In this document: piece by piece, positions 37,878 to 46,953 of the stretch | Layout: each line of letters begins with the position of its first letter | How positions within the stretch are numbered: position 1 is the first letter of the stretch | Assembly (NCBI GenBank): GCA_046351515.1 | Contig: JAXLYJ010000005.1 | Coordinates: forward strand, 178,892-242,891 | Source: Polyangiales bacterium | Lineage (GTDB): Bacteria; Myxococcota_A; Polyangia; Polyangiales; Ga0077539 | Direction: 5' to 3' | DNA length: 64,000 nt | Made by a program: the position numbers and the translations under genes | Notes under the pieces: generated by a model | Seen by the model: only the letters and a program-made list of their open reading frames with translations | The model's database searches: none | What the model was told of the DNA's origin: nothing

Positions 37878-39458
37878 TCAGTGCGCGGAGAGTCCGATCG
37901 GGTCGGGGATGGCCTTGAGGACGACGGTGACGCCTCGCTGCTCAGCGCGCACGGCGAGGTCGTGAATCACTTCGATCACGTCCGGGTCGATGTGGGTGGC
38001 GCTCGATCCGTCGACGGTGATCTCGCGCGCCGAGCCGACCTCTTCGAAGCGTCGCATCGCCAGTGATTTGTGCAGAAAGCTCACGTGCCCGTCGAGCGAG
38101 AGCGTCGCCCTCTCTCCGTCTCGGCGCACCTCGATCGCGCGCTGGACGTTGCGTTGAAGCACGATGAAGACGGCGACCAGCATCCCGATCGCGACGCCCT
38201 TGAGCAGGTCGGTCACGACGATCCCCGCGAACGTCGCGAAGAACGGCGCTGAGTACGCCCAGCCCTTGCGCCACAGCTGCGGAAACAGCCCCACGGGCGT
38301 CAGGCGATAGCCGATCAGAAGCAGCACCGCGGCCAACGCCGAGAGAGGAACTCGGTTGAGCGCCGGCCAAAGCGCCGCTGTCGCGATGAGCAAGAGCGCG
38401 CCGTGAAAGACCGCCGACCACCGTGTTCTTCCGCCGGCTTGCACGTTCGCGCTGCCGCGGACGACGACGGCGGTCATCGGGATTCCGCCGAGCAGTCCCG
38501 CGATGAGGTTGCCGAGACCTTGCGCTTGCAGCTCTCGATTGGGCGGAGTCGTGCGACGAAGCGGGTCGAGCTTGTCCACGGCTTCGATGCAGAGCAGCGT
38601 TTCGATGGAAGCCACGATGGCGATGGTCGCGGCGTTGCTCCACGTCTGTGCCCGCAACAGCGCAGACGGGTCGGGAAACACCAGCTGAGCGCGCAGCGCC
38701 ATCGCCGAGTCGAGCGCCGGAAGCGCGACGCGAAGCCGCGCCGGAACCGCGAGCGCCGGAACGAAGCGAACGAACAGCTCGTTGAGCGCGAGCCCGACGA
38801 GCACCGCGAGCAGGGGCCCCGGCATCCACCGCGGTCGGCGCTCTTTGGGCAGCCGCTCGAGCGCGAGCATCGCACCGAGCGCGCACAGCGCGATGATCGT
38901 CGCGCCCGCGTGCAAATGGCCGAGCGCGAACGGGATCTCGGAGAACGTGTTGCGCCCGTCGGCTTGAGCGAACTCCATGTCACCGTCGAAATCACCGACG
39001 AAACCCACGGCGTGCGGGATCTGTTTGAGCACGAGGATCGCGCCGATCGCCGCGAGCAGCCCTCGGATCACCGTCGAAGGGATGAACGAGCCGAACACCC
39101 CTGCGCGCGCGACGCCGAGCGCGAACTGCATCACTCCGGCGACGCACAGCGCCGTGAGAAACGCCCGAAAGGACCCGGCTTGCGCGATCGCGTGCGCCAC
39201 GAGCACGGTGAGGCCCGCCGCGGGCCCGCTCACGCTCGTGGACGAGCCGCTCGCGAAGGCGACCACCGTTCCTCCGACGATTCCTGTGATCAAGCCGGCG
39301 AACAGCGGCGCGTGCGACGCGAGCGCGATGCCGAGGCACAGCGGCAACGCGACGAGAAAGACCACCAACCCCGCGGGAAGTTCACGACCCAACTCGAACG
39401 TCGCTCGCGACGATGGGGGCGCGGGGGACTCGAGGACGTCGGACGCGGAGTGGCTCAT
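37878..39458 (-). CDS. SulP-family anion transporter with C-terminal STAS domain (sulfate/bicarbonate permease)
   Basis: Start at MSHSASDV (39458). SulP TM core (GLVVFLVALPLCLGIALAS...). C-terminal STAS (LSLDGHVSFLHKSLAMRRFEEV...). The ORF-track N-terminal 110-aa extension is rejected. Confidence 0.8.
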   Translation of the reverse strand: MSHSASDVLESPAPPSSRATFELGRELPAGLVVFLVALPLCLGIALASHAPLFAGLITGIVGGTVVAFASGSSTSVSGPAAGLTVLVAHAIAQAGSFRAFLTALCVAGVMQFALGVARAGVFGSFIPSTVIRGLLAAIGAILVLKQIPHAVGFVGDFDGDMEFAQADGRNTFSEIPFALGHLHAGATIIALCALGAMLALERLPKERRPRWMPGPLLAVLVGLALNELFVRFVPALAVPARLRVALPALDSAMALRAQLVFPDPSALLRAQTWSNAATIAIVASIETLLCIEAVDKLDPLRRTTPPNRELQAQGLGNLIAGLLGGIPMTAVVVRGSANVQAGGRTRWSAVFHGALLLIATAALWPALNRVPLSALAAVLLLIGYRLTPVGLFPQLWRKGWAYSAPFFATFAGIVVTDLLKGVAIGMLVAVFIVLQRNVQRAIEVRRDGERATLSLDGHVSFLHKSLAMRRFEEVGSAREITVDGSSATHIDPDVIEVIHDLAVRAEQRGVTVVLKAIPDPIGLSAH

Positions 39459-39508
39459 GCGCGGGCGCGTGAACGCAATCGCTGTTCCACCGGCGGTGCG
39501 GCGTTCGC

Positions 39509-41158
39509 TCAGCGCTTCATCGTCGCGAGCATCGCGAGCAACGACGGAATCGGGTCGGGGAGCGCCGCCGCAGCGACGTTCGGCCCGATGGTCTTCAGCT
39601 CGAATTTCGGGTCGAAGATCGTCCCGCCGAGCACCTTCACCTTCGGGTAGCGCGACTCGAGCGCGTCGAGCAGCACCAGCGAGTGCTTCTCTGCCGCCGC
39701 TGAATCCACCGCGTACAGCACCGCGCACCACACGTCCGCGTTGAGCGCGTACGCCTTGCCCGCGTTGCGCACGAGCTCGAACAGCCACCGTCGCTCTTCG
39801 ACCAGGCTGAGCTTTCCGTCCGGCAGCTGCGCGAGCACGACGAACTGCGGTCGCTCGCTGCGGCTCTGCATCGCTTGACCCGACGACGAAGGACTCTCGA
39901 TGCGAGGCGCGCTCGGATGAACGACGGGCGGCGGCGTCGAGAGCACTGGCGGCGGTCGCGGCGCCTCGACGACCACACCCTTCAACACCTTCTTCGCGGC
40001 CATCGGCGGCGGCGTCGGCTTTCGCTCGCGCGCGGTCGGCGGCATCGCGCTCGGCACCGCGGGCTTGGTGGTCTCGCTCGCCGGGGCGATCGCGAGGATC
40101 GCCGGCGCCGCGGGCGCGACGGGCGCGATCGGCACGGGAGCGACCGCTGCAGCAGCCGGCGCGGGCGCGAGGGGCGGCGGTTTGGGGCTCGCGGGCGCGC
40201 CCTCGATGTGCGGCGACGACGAGCGCTCCGCCGGTCGACGCGCGCGAACGAGCTGCTCGCGAAGCAAGTGCGCGAACTCATCGGCGCTCGCGGGGCGATC
40301 GACGCGGTCGCGCGCGATCGCGTTCATCGAGAGCTCCGCGATCCCCGGGGGGATGGGATCGAGGTGCGACGGTGCGACCGGCAACGGCGGGTCCGTGCTC
40401 AACCGTCGAAACGCCGCGGCCATCGCGTCGTCGCGAAACGGAAAGCCCCCGCTGAGCATTTCGTAGAGCATCATCCCCGCGGCGTACACGTCCGTGCGCA
40501 CGTCGATCGGGTCGTTCACCAGCGCCTCGGGAGACATGTAATCGAGGCTGCCGACGATGTTGCCCGTGCGCGTGACGCGACGATCGCCTTCGCTGGGCAT
40601 GAGCGAGCGCGCGATGCCAAAGTCCAAGAGCTTCACGACCTCGGGCGGGCCCTTGGCGATCGCGACGTTCGAGGGCTTGAGGTCTCGATGGAGGATCTGC
40701 GCCTCGTGCACGGCCTCGAGTCCGTCGAGCACGCCGAGGATGATCTTCACCGCGTCGAACCACGGCAGCGCCCGCGATCGCTCGATGCGCGCCGAGAGGC
40801 TCTCGCCCTCGACGAGCTCCATGACGATGCACGGCTTTTTTCCGTGGACGAAGCCGAAGTCGACGATCTCGACGACGTTGGGGTGGCGAACGCGCGTCAT
40901 CAGCGCCGCCTCGCGCTCGAAGCGCAGCGCGTGCTCTTCGCTTCCGTTCGACGGCAGCACTTTCACCGCGACGTCGCGATCGAGCCGCAGGTGTCGCGCG
41001 CGAAAGACCTGGCCCATTCCGCCAACGCCCAGCGCGCTCTTGATCTCGTACTTGCCCAGCACCACTTCGCCGATGGCGACGCTGGCGGACGTCACTCGCA
41101 CTGCCCCTGGTGCGGGAAGCGTCTCTTGCCCGGAAACATCGCCCTCTCGATTCGTCAT
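39509..41158 (-). CDS. Hanks-type Ser/Thr protein kinase with a Pro/Ala-rich linker and an uncharacterised C-terminal domain
   Basis: GVGGMGQVF, VAVK, HRDLKPSNV, DFG, SLDYMSPE. About 120 aa of P/A-rich low complexity follows, then a roughly 130-aa C-terminal domain. Confidence 0.8.
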   Translation of the reverse strand: MTNREGDVSGQETLPAPGAVRVTSASVAIGEVVLGKYEIKSALGVGGMGQVFRARHLRLDRDVAVKVLPSNGSEEHALRFEREAALMTRVRHPNVVEIVDFGFVHGKKPCIVMELVEGESLSARIERSRALPWFDAVKIILGVLDGLEAVHEAQILHRDLKPSNVAIAKGPPEVVKLLDFGIARSLMPSEGDRRVTRTGNIVGSLDYMSPEALVNDPIDVRTDVYAAGMMLYEMLSGGFPFRDDAMAAAFRRLSTDPPLPVAPSHLDPIPPGIAELSMNAIARDRVDRPASADEFAHLLREQLVRARRPAERSSSPHIEGAPASPKPPPLAPAPAAAAVAPVPIAPVAPAAPAILAIAPASETTKPAVPSAMPPTARERKPTPPPMAAKKVLKGVVVEAPRPPPVLSTPPPVVHPSAPRIESPSSSGQAMQSRSERPQFVVLAQLPDGKLSLVEERRWLFELVRNAGKAYALNADVWCAVLYAVDSAAAEKHSLVLLDALESRYPKVKVLGGTIFDPKFELKTIGPNVAAAALPDPIPSLLAMLATMKR

Positions 41159-41227
41159 GCAGCGCGAACCGTTGAATAACGTACCACGCAATCGCGCCGC
41201 GCTAACAGCGTCGAGGCTCGTCGTTTC

Positions 41228-41614
41228 TCAGTCGCTCGAAGAAGCGTCCTGCGCGCTCGCGTCGGCGCTCGACCCCGCTTCTGTTGCGACGCCCGAGTCG
41301 CTCACGACGCCCGAATCCGTGGGCACGCCCGAGTCCGCGATCACTTGTCCGCCGCGGCAGAACGGGTGGTCGGTGCTCGCGTTGCGCATCGAGAGCACTG
41401 GGCAGCACACGCACGATTGGCCTGCGCCCGAGCAAGGCTGGTTGGGATCCGACTTCGAGTAGCAGCCGCGCGAGGTGCCCGAACCGGTGCGATCGCAATC
41501 ATTCACGCTCTCGCAGCGAGCGCCGATGGGGGCCTCTTCGCAGCCGAAGGCGAGGGCGCTGAGGGCAAGAGAAACAATCGCGGCGAGCGCGGTGCGACGT
41601 GCGGATGAAGCCAT
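41228..41614 (-). CDS. Small secreted cysteine-rich lipoprotein
   Basis: Signal plus lipobox LAFGC. Ten cysteines. C-terminal DSGV(x) repeats. Confidence 0.55.
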   Translation of the reverse strand: MASSARRTALAAIVSLALSALAFGCEEAPIGARCESVNDCDRTGSGTSRGCYSKSDPNQPCSGAGQSCVCCPVLSMRNASTDHPFCRGGQVIADSGVPTDSGVVSDSGVATEAGSSADASAQDASSSD

Positions 41615-41653
41615 GTTGGAGCCGCGCGGTGGTAGCCGAAAGGCGCCGGTCGT

Positions 41654-42741
41654 TCAACCGCCGTCGTACGCGCAGCGAAAGCCGAGCCAGTCGCGGCGTT
41701 CGGTGGCGCCGAGCCGCTGGCGAAACGCCGCGCGCGCGAAGGCGGGACCTTGGACAAACGACCCTCCTCGGTAGGCGTGGAGGTTTTGCGTGGCTTGTTG
41801 CAGGTGCGGCGAGACGCGGACGCCGTCTTGGGGATAGCGCGAGCGGGACTGCTGCCAGTCGGGCTCGGCGTTGGGGCGGTCGGGGCCGTCGTCGAACGTG
41901 TCGCTCACCCACTCGGCGACGTTGCCGGCCATGTCCAGCGCTCCGTCTGGAGAGGCGCCGTCGGCGAAGCTGCCCACGGGCGCGGTGAACTCGAACCCAT
42001 CGGCGCTCGATCGGCACGTGGGGCTCGCCTGGCCGACGTTGGCGAGCCGGGGATTGAAGAGGTTTCCCCAGGGAAACATGCGGCCATCGCGCCCACGCGC
42101 GACGCGCTCCCACTCGGCTTCGGTGGGCAGTCGACCGCGAGCCCACCGGCAGTACGCGCGCGCCTCGTGCCAGGTGACGGCGATCATGGGCTGCGAGTCC
42201 CCTGCGAACGAAGGGCTCGATCGCGCGTAGGCGTTGCGAGCGCACGCGCCGTCGATCACGCAGCGCTCGTACGCGGCGACGGTGACCTCGGTGCGATCGA
42301 TGGCGAACGCGCCCAGCACGACGCGATGACGGCCGAGCTCGGCGAACATCACCCGCCAAAACGCGGGGCGCTCGCAGGGCGAGCCCACGATGCGCGCCGC
42401 TTCGACCGGCGGAAACGCGCGCGCGCACGCCCACGCCAACACCGGGCCGACGGCGTTGTCTCGCTCGCACACGGACTGGGCGCGCTCGAGGTCGTCGTCG
42501 TTCGAGCCCATGATGAACTCGCCCGCGGGGATGTGGATGATGTCCGGCGCTGCGAGCCGCATCGAGCGCGAGCGCCCCGTGGTGGCAGGCCCCGGTTCGA
42601 CCGAGCGAAGCTGCGGCAGGAGCTCTGGCAACGGCGCGGTCGCGCGGGAGCGCAGCAGCGAACTTGAATTCGTGGGCGGCAGGTCGGCGCGCGCGATCGC
42701 CGCTGCGCTCGCGGCGGTCACGAAGAGCACCGCGCGCCGCG
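41654..42741 (-). CDS. Formylglycine-generating enzyme (FGE/SUMF1) family protein, secreted
   Basis: Probable GTG start at 42741 with signal VSLARRAVLFVTAASAAAIARA. FGE motifs HIPAGEFIMGS, RGGSF, and WLGFRCA at the C-terminus. Confidence 0.7.
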
Positions 42742-42747
42742 CGAGGC

Positions 42748-44301
42748 TCACGGATCGATCACCGTCGCGGGAGTTCCGAGCTCGGCGCGCACGGACTGTT
42801 CGACCACCCGCAGCAGCGCGAGGCACAGCTCGTCCTTCCATGCGCGCGTGGCGATCTGCACTCCAACCGGGAGCCCGAGGCTCTGGCGGTCCACCTCGCG
42901 CGCTCTGCGAACGACGGTGTCCATCGTCGCCTCGCGGTCGCACTCGTCTTCGCGCACGGTGGTGACGGGCACGACCCCAGCGGGCCAGTGCAAGAGGTTG
43001 AAGAGCATCGTGTACGACGCCGCTTGCGCGAACTGCGCGCCCATCGTGTGCGGGACCGCGGCGGTGGCGAACGGCGGGAGCACCAGCCCGTCGAGCTTCG
43101 CGTCGTCGAGCGCGGCCTCGATCGCGAAGCGCCGCGAGCGCACGGCGGCGATGAGCTTCCAGTAGTCCTGCACCGAGCGCTCTCCGAACGAGCGCAGGAT
43201 CATCGCGGTCAAGCCTTGTCCCGTGAGCTCGAGCGCGCGCGCTGCGGTCGATCGAACGCGGGCCGGGAGCTTGGCGGCGATGAGCATCGACTCGAGCGTG
43301 ACGTCCACCGGACCGTCGCCGACCTGCTCGCGCGCCGTGAGCGCTCCGTCCGCAGAGAGGCACGAAAAATACTCGCGAATCGCATCCGCGTTGCCCGGAA
43401 CGACGAACGGCACCACCTCGACGCCCGCGCGCTCGAGCGCTTGCGCTGCGCGGCGCACGGCGCGGATGTTGGCCTTCGACGGCGCGAGGATCCCGTCGTG
43501 CTCGACGATGCCGATCCGCACTTTGTCGAGGGACTGCACAGCTCGCCAGGGCATCGGCGGCGTGCGTCCGTCCTTTTGCGAGAGCGCTTGCGAATCGAGC
43601 GAGCGCATCGCGAGGTCGATGTCGTCGACCGTGCGGGCCATCGGGCCGCACTGCGAGCGGATCGCTTCTTGTCCGGGCAGGCCCGCGACCAGGCCCTTGT
43701 TGGGCCAGCGGTCCTGCGTGGGCTTGAACCCGACGCACCCAGAAAAATGCGCGGGCAGGCGGATCGATCCGCCGATGTCCGTTCCGATCCCGAGGAGCGA
43801 GCCGCCGTAGACGAGCGCCGCGGCCTCGCCGCCCGACGATCCGCCAGGCGAGTGCGTGAGCTTTCGCGGGTTCGAGCACTGCCCGTACACCGGGTTTCTG
43901 CACTCGAACGAGAGGAGCAGCTGCGGGACGTTCGTTCGCGCGATCACGATCGCGCCCTGCTTGCGCGCCTCGGCGACGACGGGCGCGTCGGCGTTGGCGC
44001 GGATCGACGTTCGCCTGGGCAAACCCAGGGTCGAGACGCATCCCTCCATCTCGATCGACTCTTTGACGGTGATCGGCAGCCCGTGCAGCGCGCCGAGGGG
44101 CTCTCCCTTCGCCCGCGCTTCGTCCGCGCGCCGCGCTTCTTGCCGCGCGCGCTGGTCCAATCGCTCGACCACGGCGTTGACCGCCCCGTCGTGCTTCTCG
44201 ATTCGTCCCAACAGGGCGTCGACAAGCTCGATCGAGCTGATCTTTTTCGCGTCCAGTAGGGCCTTGGCCTCGCTCGCGCTGAGCTCGTGCAACTCGGTCA
44301 T
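42748..44301 (-). CDS. Amidase (amidase-signature family, GatA-like)
   Basis: Start at MTELHELS (44301). AS signature GGSSGGEAAALV and the catalytic Ser-cisSer-Lys region (ITVKE...GGS). Confidence 0.8.
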   Translation of the reverse strand: MTELHELSASEAKALLDAKKISSIELVDALLGRIEKHDGAVNAVVERLDQRARQEARRADEARAKGEPLGALHGLPITVKESIEMEGCVSTLGLPRRTSIRANADAPVVAEARKQGAIVIARTNVPQLLLSFECRNPVYGQCSNPRKLTHSPGGSSGGEAAALVYGGSLLGIGTDIGGSIRLPAHFSGCVGFKPTQDRWPNKGLVAGLPGQEAIRSQCGPMARTVDDIDLAMRSLDSQALSQKDGRTPPMPWRAVQSLDKVRIGIVEHDGILAPSKANIRAVRRAAQALERAGVEVVPFVVPGNADAIREYFSCLSADGALTAREQVGDGPVDVTLESMLIAAKLPARVRSTAARALELTGQGLTAMILRSFGERSVQDYWKLIAAVRSRRFAIEAALDDAKLDGLVLPPFATAAVPHTMGAQFAQAASYTMLFNLLHWPAGVVPVTTVREDECDREATMDTVVRRAREVDRQSLGLPVGVQIATRAWKDELCLALLRVVEQSVRAELGTPATVIDP

Positions 44302-44388
44302 GCTTCGCGCCGTGGTGTAGCACCGTAACGCCGCGCGGTGTTGCTTGCGCGGACGTACTGTCGTAAAGCCCGCGGTCTCGTCGTTGCC

Positions 44389-45297
44389 ATGCGCTGTGGA
44401 TTCGTCGCACTCGTAGGCCGCCCCAACGTGGGCAAGTCGACGCTCCTCAACGCGCTTGTCGGTGAGGACGTCTCCATCGTCGCGTCTCGTCCGCAGACGA
44501 CTCGTGACCGTATTCTCGCGGTGATCACCCGCGATGACGCTCAGTTGATCGTGCTCGATACGCCCGGGATCCACCGTCCGCACGGACGGCTCGGCGAACG
44601 GATGAACCGCGAGGCGACCGCCGCGCTCGCCGACGCCGACGCGGTCGTGATGGTCGCCGACGCGACCGACGGCGCCGCCGGACTCGAGCGCGACGCGCCC
44701 GTGTTCGCTGAGATCGCCTCCCTCAAGAAGCCAGTCTTGCTCGCGCTGAACAAGGTCGACCTCGTGCGTCCGAAGACCGCGATGCTGCCCACGCTCGAGG
44801 CGTACACCAAGGCGCGCGAGTGGACCTCGATCATCCCGATCGCGGCCAAGTCGCGCGACGGCGTCGATCGGCTCGTGAGCGAGTGCCTGGGCCTGCTGCC
44901 CGAGGGGCCGATGCTCTTCCCCGCGGACGCGATCACCGACCGGCCCGAGCGCTTTCTCGTCGCCGAGCGCGTGCGCGAAGCGGTGATCCACGAGACGGCG
45001 GACGAGCTTCCGTACGTCACGGCGGTGGAGGTCGAGCGCTTCGAAGAGGGCGCCAAGCTCGTGCACATCGGCGCGACGATCCACGTCGAGCGCGAGGGGC
45101 AGAAGAAGATCGTGATCGGCGCGGGCGGGGCGCAGATCAAGGCCATCGGTACGCGCGCGCGCCGCGCGATCGAAGCGATGCTCGGTCGAAAAGTGATGCT
45201 GGAGCTCTGGGTCAAAGTCTCTCCGGGATGGACGAAGAACCAGAGCGCGATGGACCGGCTCGGCTACGGCGCGAGCGGTCCGGCGCGACGACGATGA
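44389..45297 (+). CDS. era: GTPase Era
   Basis: G1 GRPNVGKST, G3 DTPG, G4 NKVD, and a C-terminal KH domain (VIGAGGAQIKAIGTRAR). Confidence 0.85.
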   Translation: MRCGFVALVGRPNVGKSTLLNALVGEDVSIVASRPQTTRDRILAVITRDDAQLIVLDTPGIHRPHGRLGERMNREATAALADADAVVMVADATDGAAGLERDAPVFAEIASLKKPVLLALNKVDLVRPKTAMLPTLEAYTKAREWTSIIPIAAKSRDGVDRLVSECLGLLPEGPMLFPADAITDRPERFLVAERVREAVIHETADELPYVTAVEVERFEEGAKLVHIGATIHVEREGQKKIVIGAGGAQIKAIGTRARRAIEAMLGRKVMLELWVKVSPGWTKNQSAMDRLGYGASGPARRR

Positions 45298-45336
45298 CCG
45301 TGGCTTGTTCGATATGTTTGTGAACGGATGGAGTGA

Positions 45337-46920
45337 GTGATGATCAGGTCGAAACCTGGGAAGGCCGCGCGCACCAAGGGCGCCGCGCGTGCGAAGGGCC
45401 CTGTGCGTTCGAAGGGCGCGCGCGTGATGGGCGCCTCGCGAACGAAGAAGAAGGGCGACGCGCCTGCGAAAGACGGCCCGCGCGCGAAGGGGGACGCGAG
45501 CGCGAAGGACGACGCCCGCGAAGAAGAGCGCTTTCGGCGCAAAGAAGTCCCCGCGGACGTGCGCGTGGCGCGAGGCTCGCGCGCGCTCGTCGCGATCGTG
45601 GGAAGGCCCAACGTGGGCAAGAGCACGCTCTTCAACCGCATGGTCGGAAAGCACCTCGCGATCGTCGAAGACACCCCCGGCGTGACGCGCGATCGGCACT
45701 ACGCCGACGCGGAGCTCCGCGGGCGACAGTTCGTCGTCGTGGACACCGGCGGGTTCGACCCCGAGGGCAAAGACCCGGTCGTCGCGGGCATTCGCAATCA
45801 AGTGCGGCTCGCGATCGCAGAGGCCGACGTCGCGGTGTTCGTCACCGACGCCACGGTGCCGCTGACCGACGCGGACCTCGTGGCGCTCGACCTCTTGCGA
45901 CGCAGCGAACGCCCTGTGATTTATGTGGCGAACAAGGCCGACTCGCCCAAGCGAGACGCCGACGCGTTCGAGCTGTACAGCGCGGGGGTGTCCGACGTGA
46001 TCCCGGTCTCGGCCCTGCACGGTCGCGGATTCGAGAAGCTCGAGGACGCGATCCTCTCGAAGCTTCCGCCGCCCGAGGCCGAGGACGTGATCCTCGCGGA
46101 CGACATTCCGCGCGTCGCGGTGGTGGGCCGTCCCAACGCCGGAAAGAGCTCGCTGATCAACCGCCTCGTCGGCCAAGACCGGCTCATCGTGGATTCGCGC
46201 CCAGGCACGACCACGGACGCCATCGACACGATGGTCGAGAAGAACGGCAAGAAGTACGTCTTCGTCGACACCGCGGGGATGCGCCGCAAGCGCAGCGTGA
46301 GCGCGCCGGTCGAGCTCACCTCGGTGATGCAAGCGATCCGAACGATCGAGCGTGCCGACGTCGTCGTGCTCTTGTTCGACGCGACCGAAGAGATCCTCAG
46401 CGACCAGGACCTGCGCATCATCGCCCTCGCAGAAGAGCGCGGGCGCGCGATCATGATCGGGCTCAACAAGGTCGACAAGCTCTCGGCGCAGGCCGAGAAG
46501 AAGGTCGTGCAGACGGCGCGCGAGAGGATCTCGTTCGCCGCGTGGATTCCGATCCTGCGCCTGTCGGCGAAGGAGGGCCGCGGCACGAGCGCGCTGCTCG
46601 ATCAAGTGGACAAGGTGTACGAGTCGTTCTCGAAGCGCGTCGGCACTGGCGAGGTCAACCGCTTCTTCGAAGAGGTGATCGAGAAGCACCCGCCGCCCGT
46701 GCAAAACAACCGCTCGGTGCGGCTCTACTACGTCTCGCAAGTGGGCGTGCGGCCCCCGCGCTTCGCGGCGGTCTCGAACTTCCCCGAGAGCATCGCGGTC
46801 TCGTACGACCGCTACCTGAAGAACCAGATGCGCGAGCGCTTCGGGTTCGAGGGCGTTCCGATCCGGATCAGCTACAAGGCCAAGCGAAAGAAGCAGTACA
46901 CGGGCGAACGCGAGGAGTGA
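45337..46920 (+). CDS. der: GTPase Der (EngA; tandem GTP-binding domains plus KH-like) with a basic low-complexity N-terminal extension
   Basis: Two G domains (GRPNVGKSTLFN...DTGG...NKAD, and GRPNAGKSSLIN...DTAG...NKVD) plus a C-terminal KH-like domain. The first roughly 85 aa are K/R/A/G-rich repeats. Confidence 0.85.
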   Translation: MMIRSKPGKAARTKGAARAKGPVRSKGARVMGASRTKKKGDAPAKDGPRAKGDASAKDDAREEERFRRKEVPADVRVARGSRALVAIVGRPNVGKSTLFNRMVGKHLAIVEDTPGVTRDRHYADAELRGRQFVVVDTGGFDPEGKDPVVAGIRNQVRLAIAEADVAVFVTDATVPLTDADLVALDLLRRSERPVIYVANKADSPKRDADAFELYSAGVSDVIPVSALHGRGFEKLEDAILSKLPPPEAEDVILADDIPRVAVVGRPNAGKSSLINRLVGQDRLIVDSRPGTTTDAIDTMVEKNGKKYVFVDTAGMRRKRSVSAPVELTSVMQAIRTIERADVVVLLFDATEEILSDQDLRIIALAEERGRAIMIGLNKVDKLSAQAEKKVVQTARERISFAAWIPILRLSAKEGRGTSALLDQVDKVYESFSKRVGTGEVNRFFEEVIEKHPPPVQNNRSVRLYYVSQVGVRPPRFAAVSNFPESIAVSYDRYLKNQMRERFGFEGVPIRISYKAKRKKQYTGEREE

Positions 46921-46953
46921 CCGCGCTGCGCTATACTCCGTGGCCGTCAGACC

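Noticed and set aside
37878-39788. 110-aa N-terminal extension on the SulP ORF
   Set aside because: The extension is Arg/Gly-rich and overlaps the kinase gene's 3' end. The SulP family begins at MSHSASDV with a cytoplasmic N-terminus before TM1.
41654-44410. 918-aa minus-strand ORF
   Set aside because: Only the C-terminal FGE-family part (41654-42741) is supported. Upstream it overlaps the amidase gene in another frame and is Arg/Gly/Ala-rich noise.
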